Of a stretch of 64,000 nucleotides of DNA, positions 1 through 12,379 are shown piece after piece. Made by a program: the position numbers and the translations under genes. The stretch covers positions 72,602,001 to 72,666,000 of the forward strand of contig NC_083417.1 of the NCBI RefSeq assembly GCF_020745735.1, read 5' to 3'. How positions within the stretch are numbered: position 1 is the stretch's first letter; every line of letters begins with the position of its first letter. Under the pieces are notes generated by a model. That model did not search any database. It saw only the letters and a list, made by a program, of their open reading frames with translations, and was not told where the DNA came from. This DNA is from Hemiscyllium ocellatum (taxonomy: Eukaryota).

Positions 1-500
1 AGTGCATGCAAGCCCAGTTAATGAAATCGTTCCTCATATGTCAGTCCTGCCATCCCGGGAATCAGTCTGTCGATTCTTCGCTGGACTCCCTCAATGGTAA
101 GAATATCCTTCTTCAGACTAGGAGGCTAAAGCTGCACACAGTACTCAAGGTGTGGCCTCACAAAGGCCAGGTGCAACTACAGAAAAACACCCTTATTCAG
201 ATGCTCAAATCCTCTCACTATGAAGGCCAGCATGCCATTAGCTTTCCATACTGCCTGCTGTACCTGCACGCCAACCTTCAGCACGTGTTCCCCATGACAC
301 TCGAGTTTCATTGCACCTCATCTTTTCCTAAACTGCCAATATTCAGATAATAATCTGCCTTCCTGGTTTGGGACTAAAATGGATATCCTGATTATATTGC
401 TTTTGCTAAGTATTTGCCCACTCAGCCAGTCTATCCAAGTCACCCTGCCACTCCGTATCATCTCCGCACAGCACACACAACCACACAGCTTTGTGTAATC
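1..500 (-). mobile_element. CR1-type LINE fragment (RT C-terminal part)
   Basis: Minus translation near 480-520 gives SKFKDYTKLCGCV (degenerate SKFADDTKLGG). Downstream sequence matches the CR1 ORF2 end seen intact at 48900-49400. Confidence 0.75.
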
Positions 501-504
501 CTTA

Positions 505-1290
505 AATTTGGATATACCCACATGGGTGCCTTTTAAATGTTGTAATTGTACCAGCCTCCACCACTTTCTCTGACAGCTCATTCCACATATGCACCACCCT
601 CTGTGTGAAAAAGTTGCCCCTTAGTTTCCTTTCAAATCTTTCCCCCTCACCCTAAACCTATGCCTCTTAGTCTTGGACTCCCCCACTCCAGAGAAAAGAC
701 CTTGTCTATTTACCCTATCCATGCCCCTCATGAGTTTATAAACCTCTACAATGTCACCCCTCAACTTCCTACGCTGTAGGGAAATTAGGCCCAGTTTATT
801 CGTGGGTGGCACAGTGGTTAGCACTGCTGCCTCACAGCGCCTGTAGACCCGGGTTCAATTCCCGACTCAGGCGACTGACTGTGTGGAGTTTGCACGTTCT
901 CCCCGTGTCTGCGTGGGTTTCCTCCGGGTGCTCCGGTTTCCTCCCACAGTCCAAAGATGTGCGGGTCAGGTGAATTGGCCATGCTAAATTGCCCGTAGTG
1001 TTAGGTAAGGGGTAAATGTAGGGGTATGGGTGGGTTGCGCTTCGGCGGGTCGGTGTGGACTTGTTGGGCCGAAGGGCCTGTTTCCACACTGTAAGTCTAA
1101 TCTAATCTAATCTATTCAGCCTCTCCCTGTCGGCCAAGCCCTGGAACTCTGGCAACATCATTATAAATATTTTCAGAACACTTTCAAGTTTCACAGCATC
1201 TTTCCCAGAGCTGGGAGACAAGAATTGCATGCATTATGGCCTAACTAAGGTCCTGTTCAGCCACAACATGACCTTCTAACTCCTCAACTC
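505..1290 (-). mobile_element. CR1 3' fragment interrupted by a SINE
   Basis: ORF 621-824 reads LQRRKLRGDIVEVYKLMRGMDRVN...GHRFRVRG-like CR1 ORF2 C-terminus. Homology resumes after the SINE at ~1115. Confidence 0.8.
802..1114 (+). mobile_element. HE1-type tRNA-derived V-SINE (young copy)
   Basis: tRNA-like head with A/B boxes (GGCACAGTGGTTAGC...GGTTCAATTCC), V-SINE core and (TCTAA)n tail. Nearly identical to the copies at 12067 and 35083. Confidence 0.9.
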
Positions 1291-1572
1291 AATTCAAGGT
1301 GACATTCCCCTGGATCTTTATTGATTTTTCTTCCAGGGTTCTTGATGCCATATGGTGTCAAGTACTGCGTATTGCAGGGAATTCACTTGCACCTCACCTC
1401 ATGAGGTTAAATGTTGTCTGTGCATTTGGAGGCTAAGTGAAGTGATTGGGCATGATTGAAACCAACGTTTACCATCAGTCAATAATTTAAATCTGTGCAC
1501 GTGCAGTTTGTGAGAACATTAAAAATAATTTCTCTCGGTTTACTGATGATCAAAAGTAATAAAGGTGTGCTT

Positions 1573-1604
1573 GTGTGCGTGTGTGTATGTGTTGTGCATG
1601 AGAG

Positions 1605-1663
<59 letters not shown>

Positions 1664-1668
1664 AGGAG
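1573..1668. repeat. compound (GT)n/(GA)n microsatellite
   Basis: Directly visible dinucleotide runs. Confidence 0.95.
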
Positions 1669-1839
1669 AGACAGTGTCTGTGTTGTAGTTGTACTGAAGC
1701 ATGCAGCCTTCCCGAGTTGTTGGAAATGGTAAAATCTGTGGCCTGTTCTCTTCTGCAGTGAATTGTTCAATTAGTCATCACAAGAAAGTGAGGCAAAACT
1801 AAAGAGCTTGGATTTGATCTGATATCTCTGATCGTGTTT

Positions 1840-3545
1840 TGGGGATCCTTAAGGGGGAGGGGGAGCAGCCCTAAGTATTGGTCCACATAGGCATCGTTGA
1901 CTTCGTAGGAAGAAAGGTGGGGATCTAAGGCAGAAATTCTGGGAGCTAGGGTGGAAGCTTAGAGCTAGAACAAACGGAATTCTTTTCCCTGGTTTGTTGC
2001 CTGTGCCACGTGCTCGTGAAGCGAGGAATAGGGAGAGCGCAGAGCTGACCATGTGGCTGCAGGGATAGTGCAGAAGGGAGGGTTTTGGATTCTTGAATAA
2101 TTAGAGTTCTTTCTGGGGTAGGTGTGACCTCTATAAACAGGATGGTCTTCACCTGAACCAGAGGGGTACGAATATCTTGGGGCGGGGTGGGGGGGGATTT
2201 GTTACTTCTCTTTGGGTGGGTTTAAACTATTGCAGTCGGGGGATGGGAACCTGATTTGTAGTTCCAGTGTACAGGAAGTTGAGGGTAGTGAGGTCAGGGA
2301 TATGTTTACAAGGACGCTAGAAGGCACTAGCAATCAGGATGTTAGTTTGAAACATGTGTACTTCAATGCCAGGAGCATCCGGAATAAGGTGGGTGAACTT
2401 GCAGCATGGGTTAATACCTGGTATTTCGATACTGTGGCCATTTGAGAGACATGGCTAAAGGAGGGACCTGTTGTTTCAGATTCTGAGATTTAGATGTTTC
2501 AGTAAGAACAGACGTGATGGTTAAAAATGCGGAGGTGGGGGAGGTGGCGGAGAGTAGTTATGGCATTTTTAATCAAGTGTGGTATTACGGCAGCTAAGAT
2601 AACATTTGAGGACTCATTCACTGAGGTAGTTTGGGCTGAGGTTAGAAACAGGAAAGGAGAGGTCATCCTGTTGGGAATTTTCCATAGACCACCAAATTGT
2701 TCCAGGGATGTAGAGGAAAGGATAGCAAAGATGATTCTCAATAGGAGTGAGTGTAACAGGGCAGTTGTTTTCAGGAACTTTAACTCCCCAATATTGACTG
2801 AGAATACGATCGTTCAAGTACTTTAGATGGGTCAGTTTTTGTTCAATGTGTAGGAGAGTTTTCTGACACAGTATGTACACAGGCCAACAACAGGCGAAGC
2901 CTTTTTGGAGTTGGTACTGGGGAATGAATCTGGCCAGGGTTAGATTTTGAGGTAGGTGAAAATTTTAGTGACTGTGACAACAGTTCGATTATGTTTACAA
3001 CGTTCCTGATGAAGGGCTCTGGCCCGAAACGTCGAATTTCCTGTTCCTTGGATGCTGCCTGACCTGCTGTACTTTAACCAGCAACACATTTTCAGCTCAG
3101 TTACAATAGCAATGGGCAGGAATAAGTATAAACTGCAGGGGAAGAGGTATAACTGGGGGAAAGGCAATTATGATGCGATCAGGCAAGATTTAGGCTGCAT
3201 TGGATGGGAAGAAAACTGCAGGGGATGGACACACTTGAAATGTGGAGCTTAATCAAGGAACATCTGCTGCGGGTCCTTGACAAGTATACACCCAAAAGGC
3301 AGGGAGGTAGTTGTCGAGAGAGGAAGCCATGGTTTACTAAAATTGCTGAAGGTCTTGGCAAGAGGAGGAAGAATGCTTGTGTGAGGCTGAGGCATGAAGG
3401 CTCAGTTAGTGGGCTAGAGAGATATAAGTTAGCCCAAAAAGATCTAAAGAGAAGACTAAGAAGAGCCAGGATGGGACATGAGAAGTTGTGGCAGATAGGA
3501 CCAAGGAAACCCGAAAGGCTTTCCATAGTTATGTCAGGAATCACT
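1840..3545 (+). mobile_element. degenerate CR1 (ORF1 esterase end to ORF2 endonuclease/tether)
   Basis: Colinear with 46440-48000. Fragments include LKHVYFNARSIRNKVGELAAW, EVVWAEVRNRKGEV and KPWFTK. Confidence 0.9.
3001..3100 (+). mobile_element. short Penelope-derived element with minimal hammerhead ribozyme core, inserted in CR1
   Basis: CTGATGA(3006-3012), A, GGGC-TCTG-GCCC, GAAAC-GTC(3026-3033). Flanked by TTACAA at 2995-3000 and 3101-3106 (putative TSD). Confidence 0.7.
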
Positions 3546-3559
3546 GTTCGATGACAATT

Positions 3560-3960
3560 GCAATACACCCAAGCATAAGGCTGCAGTTTCAACTTGGAGT
3601 ATCTACAACATATATTTACAAAAAAAAATGAACACAAGATTTTTGTACAAATTAGCACAACAGCTTTCATAAATTAATGCAAGCTTATTCCACAAGATCT
3701 TTGAATAAGTGAATGCAAGATATTTGCATAAATGAACACAAAATTTGTACACAACAGATTTTTGCACAAATTTAATGAAACTAAAGCAAGCACATAAAGT
3801 GAGAAACTTAATGAGTTATACAAATGATGAGAAATGCATTAAACAATTGAACACACTGCAAGTACAAAGTAACACAAGAATCTTATAGAAATGAACATAA
3901 GTTTACCATGAAATTGAACAGAATATAATGAAACTAAATGTACTTCATTCCGAGAAACAT
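3560..3960. repeat. AT-rich degenerate minisatellite
   Basis: Recurrent AATGAACACAA / ACAAATT-like units. Confidence 0.55.
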
Positions 3961-4163
3961 ATCAAGAGACATTACAAGGCTGTTCCACTTTTTCATCAAC
4001 AGTTCATCTCTCAATGCTGGGAAGTAGCTGCTTAAACTCAGGGTGGCTTCAGTCACTGCATACACACCACCAACAGCAATCTCCCCGTTCTGGACTCTGT
4101 AAATATCATTACTTCACACTCAGACAATCACAGCATGATCCACCTCTACTGGGATCTGTAAAT

Positions 4164-4166
<3 letters not shown>

Positions 4167-4226
<60 letters not shown>
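4167..4226. repeat. (AC)n microsatellite
   Basis: About 30 perfect AC units. Confidence 0.98.
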
Positions 4227-4229
<3 letters not shown>

Positions 4230-4379
4230 ATCACACACACACTATGGCTGAATTTACTCTGTCTTGGTTCCTTTTCTAAGTTTGTGCATATCACATGTAA
4301 TTAAGGAATTTGCTGAAGAATTGTACCTGTGATGGGGAACTCTGGAGGTGGCTTACATGTCTCATCCAGTCACCACTTC

Positions 4380-4930
4380 TGGTTGAAGATTGTTGCAAAA
4401 GGGGCGGGACATGTTGAAGAAGTGAGGACGCTGCAGAAGGACTTGGATGTGCTAGGAGAGTTGGCAATAAATGGCAGATGGAATACAATGTGAGAAAGTG
4501 TGAGGTTGTGCACATTGGCAAGAAGAATAAAGGCTTAGGTTACTTTACAAACGGGTAAAGGTTTTGGAATTCTGATGCATAAAGGGTCTTAGAAGTTTTC
4601 ATTCAAGATTCTCTCAACATTAACATGTAGGTTCAGGCAGTTGGAAGGTAAATGCAATGTTCACACTCATTTCAAAAAGGCTAGAATACAAAAGCATTGG
4701 TGTACTGTAAAGGCTGCTAAGGCTCTGGTCAGACAGTATAGGGAATATTGTGAGCAGTGTGAGCTGCATATTTAAGGAAGGATGTACTGGTATTGGAGGG
4801 AGTCCAGAGGACAATTATAAGAGTGGTGCTTGCTATATGAGGAGCAGTCAAGGACTCTGGGTCTGGAATAGATGGAGTTTAAAATGATGAGTGAGGATCT
4901 AACTGAAATTGATGGTATATTGTGAGTTGA
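4380..4930 (+). mobile_element. old CR1 RT-end fragment
   Basis: WQMEYNVRKCEVVHIG-like sequence, as in the intact ORF2. Confidence 0.7.
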
Positions 4931-5409
4931 AAAATATGATGCTGGAAAAACACAGCAGGCCAGGTCGAGGAGCAGGTGAATCGATGTTTCAGGAATGTTT
5001 AGTCACTTGGATTCAGATATTAGGTAAAGCAATTAAAATAGAGAGTGCCTCAATGAATTAGTGCAAGTGCAATGGATTTTGAAAAAGTAGAATTGTGGAT
5101 GTTTCATACCCTGAGCTCTAATCGAATCTTAATTACTGTTATATGGTGTCATTGTTTTCTGAGTTTTTCCCCTATCTGAGCATATACTACCATTTCATGA
5201 TGCCTTGGTCTTGGAGCCTTCTGTAAATTGTTCATAGTTAGTGCAGCATAAGGTGTCATCGTATCAGTTATTCCCTGTATGAGTTGAAAAAAAACTATAT
5301 AAATGTAAGTTTACAACTATATCTATGTCTGTGTCTCTTTCTACCACTTTAAGTTTAAAATTGCTGGGGTCAACCGGACGAGGAATTCTAATTATGGATA
5401 CCAATATAT

Positions 5410-5855
5410 AGAAGATAGAACATTACAGCACAGTACAGACCCTTCCACTGTCAATGTTGCACCGACCTGTCATACAATCTGAAGTCATTCTAACCTACAC
5501 TATTCTATGTACGCTCATATGCTTGTCCAAAGACGACTTAAATGTACTTAAAATAGGCGAATCTACTACCGTTACAGGCAAAGCATTCCATACCCTACCT
5601 ACTATCCGAATAATGAAACTACCTCTGACATCTGTCCTATATCTATCACGCCTCAATTTAAAGCTTTGCCCTTTCCAAAGCTTCCACATCCTTCTTATAA
5701 TTCAGTGAGCAGAACTGTACTCAATACTACAAGTGCGGCCGCACCAGAGTTTTATACAGTGTAGCATAACCTCATGGTTCCATAACTCGATCCCTCTATT
5801 AATAAAAGCTAAAACACTGTATGCCTTCTTAAAAACCCTGTCAACCTGGGTGGAA
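5410..5855 (-). mobile_element. CR1 3' end
   Basis: ORF 5495-5689 FKLRRDRYRTDVRG...WNALPVTVVDSP matches the C-terminus of ORF 47129-49702. Confidence 0.85.
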
Positions 5856-8369
5856 ACAATAAAATAGATACAAAATCTACAAAATCTCCCGGAAGCATGT
5901 TTACTAAATGTCAGTAATAAACAAAACAGGGGTGTGTTATTTGGCCCTTGATTCATCCGCAGTGATTTTCCAAACAATAGCTTTAATTACTTAAGTGCCT
6001 AAACCTTAGATACATTTCTTGAGTCTAGGTAACGAGTGAACATCCAAAGTTCTATATGGCACAAAGTCCCTATCATTCTAGACTTTTTGAACAAAGAAAT
6101 ATCTCTACTTCTCAATATAAATCTATGAATAAAACCCATCCAAGGCAAAAAAAAAGCCCTTGCATCAAGTCTGTCAAATTAGCTACAAACCAAACACTTT
6201 TCAACTCGATCATGTTATAGTCATCAAATCACTAAGAAATGTTGGCCCACTCTACACAATCTTTCATACTAAAACTATCCATTTATTTCAAGAACCGGCC
6301 TCATTTACATGAGTTGATTCCACCAGTGAAAAACATGACCTGCATTAGACAGGGCAGTAAATCCTCAATTTTGTCACAAACATGGTCTTATCTACGCAAT
6401 ACACAAATGCCAGTTGTGCGAAGACATCTTTGATGATCTTCTACAAGACCGTTATGTGTAAGGTAATATTCTATTCTCCCCTGTAATTGATGCTGATCAT
6501 GCATGAGAACTTCCTATAATTGAGCTGTGATGAGAAGAACATTCTTTGAGCTGGAAATGTTCTTCCTTTGGTCGTGAACATACTAATTAAGAATTTGTAC
6601 AGAACAGCAAGTTTGCTATTGCCGCTTATGAACGGTAACTGCTGCAATGTGCTTAGTCTATCTGTGGCACTGTGGGAATCGTAACTTGATGTTATTGGAA
6701 AACTGCGACTTCATGCCAACAAATTTATTTGAGTTGACTTCACGAGATGGGAAATGATGGACAAGTAAGCCTCAAGTTTAAAGGAAGCTTCTTCATAAAT
6801 TCTTAACATTGTAGTTAACAGAAGGAATCAGTCAATTCAATCCAAAGAGTTGGAGGCTGAAATTTTCCGTATTTTTCTAAACTCACAAATGTCTCACATG
6901 ATCTGATTTGAACAGAAATAAAACAAGAACAATCTTCTATTAGATGTTGCCTGCTGTTCTTGACATCACGAGCCACTTCTTCAGTCTAGCACAGGATGCA
7001 TAAAAAAGTCATAAAATTGCTGTCGTCAAAATGCAACATTCAGAAAAACTTTCTATTAATGCTGTATCTGGAAACATTTACTGGTAATGGCAACTATCAT
7101 TGTCAATTCCTGCTTGAATGGTAAAGTTGGACTTGTAAGTAAACGTCAGCTGGAGGAAAAAAGCCAATGACTGTGTTTTGGACTATGCTACATTCAAACT
7201 AAGCACATTACAGGAGTTTCTTTTCTTAAGAAGCAAAAGTGAACATTCTGTTCTGTACAAACGCTTACTTAGTATGTTCACAGTCAAAATATTACAACTA
7301 CATTAGGCACCATCTGACCTATTGATGTCTTTGTTTTAATCCTGTGTCACTGAATACAATATGTTCTGCTTTGCATAAATAATTATGGCAGCAAAATAAA
7401 ATATGGCCATTGCATTAAATGAGATTTGGTTCTGTACAGTTATGTTTTGTGTAAAAGAACTTGCCTTATGTTCATCATTACTCGATTTTTCATCATTGGA
7501 TTTCACTACTTGGGCAAGAAAAAAAGGTTTAAAATTAATAGCAATCCAGGAAATGCATTTCTGCAAAGCTTAACGTAAATAATAACATAATCGACGTATC
7601 ACAATTTTTAAATGACATTGGCCCAGATTTTCCAGTGCCAGACAATTGACATTTCATCATGGATGGGAGCTGAGCATGAAGACTTAGTGGACCGCTCAAT
7701 ATAATAGATTCTAAAAGAATTGGCAGGAAATTGAAGATTCCACTGGGCAATTTCTCTACACTTAGAACCCTCTGAAAGAGTCCACTTAAATAGAATTTGG
7801 AGATATCTGATTAAATTAAGTACAGATTATTGCATCAAACCTTGCACTATTGCACTCCAACTCATGAAAATTTATACAACTGACCCCTTACTTCTCTCAC
7901 CCACGCGCCAGGCAACATTTGCTCTGACATCCTCACCAAAAATCACCTTCCTCTACCTGGTACCTAACACCTTGCTGGCCTGTAGAAATGACAAAACCCT
8001 GATGTTTTCTGCACTAGCCCCTCCTTCACTGCCTTGCTTTTGTTTGTTCCAACCCAGAGAACACCCTTTCCCCACAATGGGCCTAATGGGACTCTCCTGC
8101 AGGATGCTGCATGTTCTTATAATTTCTGAAGCTGATCTGACTCCCCACCAATAAAGCAGGGCCTGCCCATTCCCCCTGACTAAACCTCATGTACCCCTTC
8201 CCCCAAACCCAGATTCATCACCCATTTTTCCCTACTGCAGACATAGCTCCAGTTCTCCCTCTCTGGACAGACTCATTGAGTCATACACCGTGGAAACAGA
8301 CCCTTCAGTCCATGCCAATCAAGTTTCCCAAACTAAGCTAATCCCACAGCCTGCATTTCACCCAAATCC

Positions 8370-8645
8370 CTCTACACTTTTCCTATTCATCTGCCTATCC
8401 AAATATCTTTTTAATGATGCACGTGTAACGTGCATTGATCACTTCCTCAGGCAGTGTGTGTCATTCCACACACAAACCACCCTCTGTGTGAAAAAGATGT
8501 CCCTCAAGTCCGTGTTAAATCTTTCTCCTCTCATCTTAAGCTTTCCCACACCAGTGAAAAGACTTCTGCTGTTCACCTTATCTACAATACTCATGATTTT
8601 ATAAACCTCGAGAAGATCACCTCCCAACCTCATACACTCCAGAAA
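8370..8645 (-). mobile_element. CR1 3' fragment
   Basis: ORF 8439-8633 RLGGDLLEVYKIM...FFTQRVVCVWN. Confidence 0.8.
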
Positions 8646-9418
8646 TAAAATCTACCTGTGACCCATTTGGTTCAGGATCATCTTCCCCAGCAGAGGAAAC
8701 AGCAATCAACTTACCTCACTTCAGACTTGGCACCAACACCATTAGCTGCCCTGAAGAAGCTCTTCCCTTCCCTCACTTCGAACCCAATCTGACCACACTT
8801 TCCTGGGATATGTTGCCACCTTCCTCACTTGGGACATGATATCCCTTTGTAGAATTTCCAGTATGGTCTGTCTCTACCCCTCCTAGAACCAATCCACGCC
8901 TTTCCCACGGGGAGACCTGACTCCATTAGGACAAGATAATCACTCCCTCTTGCGAGACCCAATTTTTCAACTATCCTGATGCACTCAAAGCACTGTATCA
9001 CTTAACTGGCTGACTAGCTATCTTGACGCTGTCATACTACAGTTATCCATGTGGAATCTCACTATCCTAGTCACCTGGCACCCTACTTCCTGTCAACATA
9101 TTCCCTGCCCATTTGCATTCTACCCACCAGGCATCCTACAGCATAGCACTATAACACCACCCATTTGGCCTTCTACATATTTGGCATAATTCCCACCTAC
9201 GACACTAATTCATATCAGGTTGCTACTTTATCCCACTTGGCATCCTATTTATCTGACACCCGATACTAACCTCATCCAGATGGCAGCATCCCCTCTCATC
9301 ACCCTAAACTCACTCTTACATTTGGTAACTACCACTTGACAGCTGGTGCAAAAGTAGCTGTCTGTTCTGGACAGCTAAACTTCAGAAAGGGGCAAGTGAC
9401 TGCTGTGAAAAAGGGAGC

Positions 9419-9540
9419 TTATTTTAACTTTCCCTGACTGTTCTCCGTTACCAGAGAATTATTAGAATGGAAGCAGAACTCTGTGTTTCTGATAGATGCT
9501 TGATCAGAAGCTCCTTTCAGAAATATGGAGCTCTTTATCT
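9419..9540 (-). CDS. candidate cytoplasmic exon of receptor gene A
   Basis: Acceptor CCCTTCTATTACAG; in frame with the phase-1 TM exon: (E)IKSSIFLKGASDQASIRNTEFCFHSNNSLVTENSQGKLK*. An alternative internal donor CTG|GTAACG exists. No homology support. Confidence 0.25.
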
Positions 9541-9946
9541 CTGTAATAGAAGGGTCAGGATGCCAATCTGTGTGAGATTGCCAATCCTCAGAAAAATGCG
9601 GCCGTATATTTGATTACTGACATATTTTGATATTCAGAAAGGGATTGTTCAACAATCAATGCATGCTGGGAAAACTGCAGTGTGATTTCCTGAATGCAGT
9701 AATCCCAGACAATGAAATAATCTTCATTTTGTAATAAAGCACCTTTTGCATGCCCATATTTATGGGAGGTTGAATAATATTTGAATATTGTACCCCATTG
9801 ACCTTATATTGCACTGGCCATGTCAGACAAGCTAAGTATTGTTTAGCTACTCATTTGCACAGAGGAAATCTTGACATATGGTACAAAGTTAAAATTGACA
9901 TTCTACTTGGACGTTGTGTATTGGAAAAGATTAAATAACTTCCTAC

Positions 9947-10057
9947 CTATACTTTTCTTTGCTGCGTATCGTTTCACTATGATGAGGCTGAGCACCAATA
10001 ATATCATTCCACCTGATACATTTGCAGAAATCATCAAATACTTTGTGATCGCACGAT
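9947..10057 (-). CDS. candidate transmembrane exon (uncharged TM) of VJ-C1 receptor gene A
   Basis: Acceptor GTTGTTTTAG, donor G|GTAGGA, 111 nt, phase 1-1, in frame with C1 exon 20233. Encodes (D)RAITKYLMISANVSGGMILLVLSLIIVKRYAAKKSI(G): a hydrophobic stretch followed by a basic stop-transfer. Confidence 0.6.
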
Positions 10058-11599
10058 CTAAAACAACCAAATCACAAATATCAATTAACATTGCTTACTA
10101 TTCGTATCAGTTAACATCTGAGCAGAAAGTTAGGGTACATTAAATCATTTAGTCGTGTCTTAATGGAGTGAACATTCAACTACATTCTACTTCCCTTTGG
10201 ATTTTCAGGCTGTGATAACAATCTTACATTATTTGTTTGAAGTCCTCGTTTTTTGAAGTGAACTTGCAGAGAATATAAATCGTGGTGAGTGTTTTCTCAA
10301 TCTCCTGGAACTCTTGAGATTGGAGTGGCACATGAAACATCCATGGTTTTACTGTAGAAAGACTACTGGACCGTGTTGAGAAAAACCAATGTCAGGACAA
10401 ATGCCTGTGGGAACCATCTGCTCGTGAGACATTCTCTGCCAAACACTAGGGTTAAGGCCCAATCTCAAATGTATCTCATTCAGATCCTGAATGAGGCGTC
10501 CACTTGGATAACTATCTCAAAACCCCCTCCAATGATTCACCGGCACTCGCTTGCCCACCATTGGTGCACTGCCACACAAAATAGTGCATAATTCTCTTTA
10601 AAAGATGGAAATGTCATCTCAAAAGTCAAGACTAATATTTGTGGTACATTGTGGCCAGAACAACTGCAATGTATTGATGTGAGAAAAAGCATTGCACATC
10701 CTGTCGGTAAAATTTCTTCCTCTTCAACAAAAATCAATGGCTAAGTCTAGCAATGATCATATAATTAAAGAAAGGACATTTCTGAAATCCGGTAAACTCT
10801 CCTTAGCAACACTAGCCACAAGGTGCTAGTTGAGAAAGAATGGACCCAGCTCTGAGAGGCGCACCTCCGGCTTCACTGTAAACATGCTACTTTATCCTTA
10901 TGGCAATATACCATTTTGGGCTCCACAGCTAATGAAATGGTTATACGAGTTGTGGTCATAAGCCCATGAAATAGAAAATGAGGATTGATTTAAACTTTGA
11001 ATGAGAGAAAAGAAAATGAAAATAAAATAAAAACGACAATTAAAAGTGATGAGTCAACCCTGCATCATTTTAGCCCATGGACTTCATTTAAAGCAGAGAC
11101 CTCCACACCAGAGAGAGCATCCTGAGACACAGCAAAAGGTGTTGAACATAGCCTTGTGCAACAAAGCAAAAGTCATCTTCTTACAGCAATGAACTCTTTC
11201 AAACAAAGTAGATTCTGCAAGGGACCAGTGGAGAAATATTTTGACAGAAAGTGGTGCTGAACAGAAGTTCATACTTTAAACAGTGTTAGAATGCAATGGG
11301 ATTTCCTAGGCGTCAGTGTATCAAAGGACTGAGCAGCAATATCAGCAGAGCAATTTTTGAAGGCCACGATTGATAGGATCATTGGTAATTGTGATAGTGT
11401 ATACATACTGTAAGACAGTAGAGGACAACAGGATGAATATAAAGACTGACATCTTCAAACCGAGCCATTTAATGCACATAGCTGTGTAATGTGCACTTTG
11501 TATTAAGTAAATCAGAGATACAGTGTGATTTAATTGCATCATTCCGAGATGCATGCAAAGTCAATTGAAACTGAGGATGCAGTTTCATAAGATTTGCGA

Positions 11600-12030
11600 T
11601 GTCTGGTAAAGTAAGATGCTCTCGGATGCTCATGGAATTCTTTAACTTGCGTCGGAGTAACATTGAGTACAAAATCATGGAAGTCATATACAAATTACAG
11701 GTTAGTTCTCTGATGCAATATTATGTACAATTTAAGACACCAGAATTTCACAAGGATGTCTTTACTTGTACAGCAGACAGAAATGGTTCAAAATGATCAG
11801 TGATTCAGGTCATTTAAGGAATTTGAGACTGGAAAGGTTAGCATGAGATCAAAAATTTTTAAGAGATTGGTAAAAGGATATGGAATCATGAACATTGATC
11901 GATTGAGTAAAGTGGAATAACATCCATGCAACCAATGCATTCAAAATATTCACAAAGATGCACAAATTAAGTGAGGAGAACTATTTTCTTAAGGAGCTCA
12001 GGAAGATGCAGAAAGTTCTCACATGAAAAG
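11600..12030 (+). mobile_element. very old CR1-like 3' fragment
   Basis: IMEVIYKL..YYVQF...FHKDVF resembles CR1 EVMLQLYK...YCVQFWSP..RKDV. Confidence 0.55.
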
Positions 12031-12066
12031 TTTTTGGAAATGATTTACATTAAAAATGCAGAGAAT

Positions 12067-12379
12067 GGGGGCGGCACGGTGGCACAGTGGTTAGCACTGC
12101 TGCCTCACAGCGCCTGAGACCCGGGTTCAATTCCCGACTCGGGCGACTGACTGTGTGGAGTTTGCACGTTCTCCCCGTGTCTGCGCGGGTTTCCTCAGGG
12201 TGCTCCGGTTTCCTCCCACTGTCCAAAGATGTGCGGGTCAGGTGAATTGGCCATGCTAAATTGCCCGTAGTATTAGGTAAGAGGTAAATGTAGGGTATGG
12301 GTGGGTTGCGCTTCGGCGGGTCGGTGTGGACTTGTTGGGCCGAAGGGCCTGTTTCCACACTGTAAGTAATCTAGTCTAA
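12067..12379 (+). mobile_element. HE1-type V-SINE (young copy)
   Basis: Near-identical to 802-1114. Confidence 0.9.

Noticed and set aside
806-815. CACAGTG heptamer-like sequences (possible RSS)
   Set aside because: They lie in the tRNA-derived head of HE1 SINEs, far from the V exons, and I saw no correctly spaced nonamer.
802-880. tRNA gene
   Set aside because: It is the A/B-box head of a SINE, continuous with the SINE core and tail.
1495-1770. ORFs with CV/RE/TH runs (also 4014-4304 and 29757-29948)
   Set aside because: Translations of microsatellites.
6900-7800. Possible pseudogene (e.g. SINAVSGNIYW resembling YWTD-type repeats)
   Set aside because: A short isolated match among many stops; likely chance.
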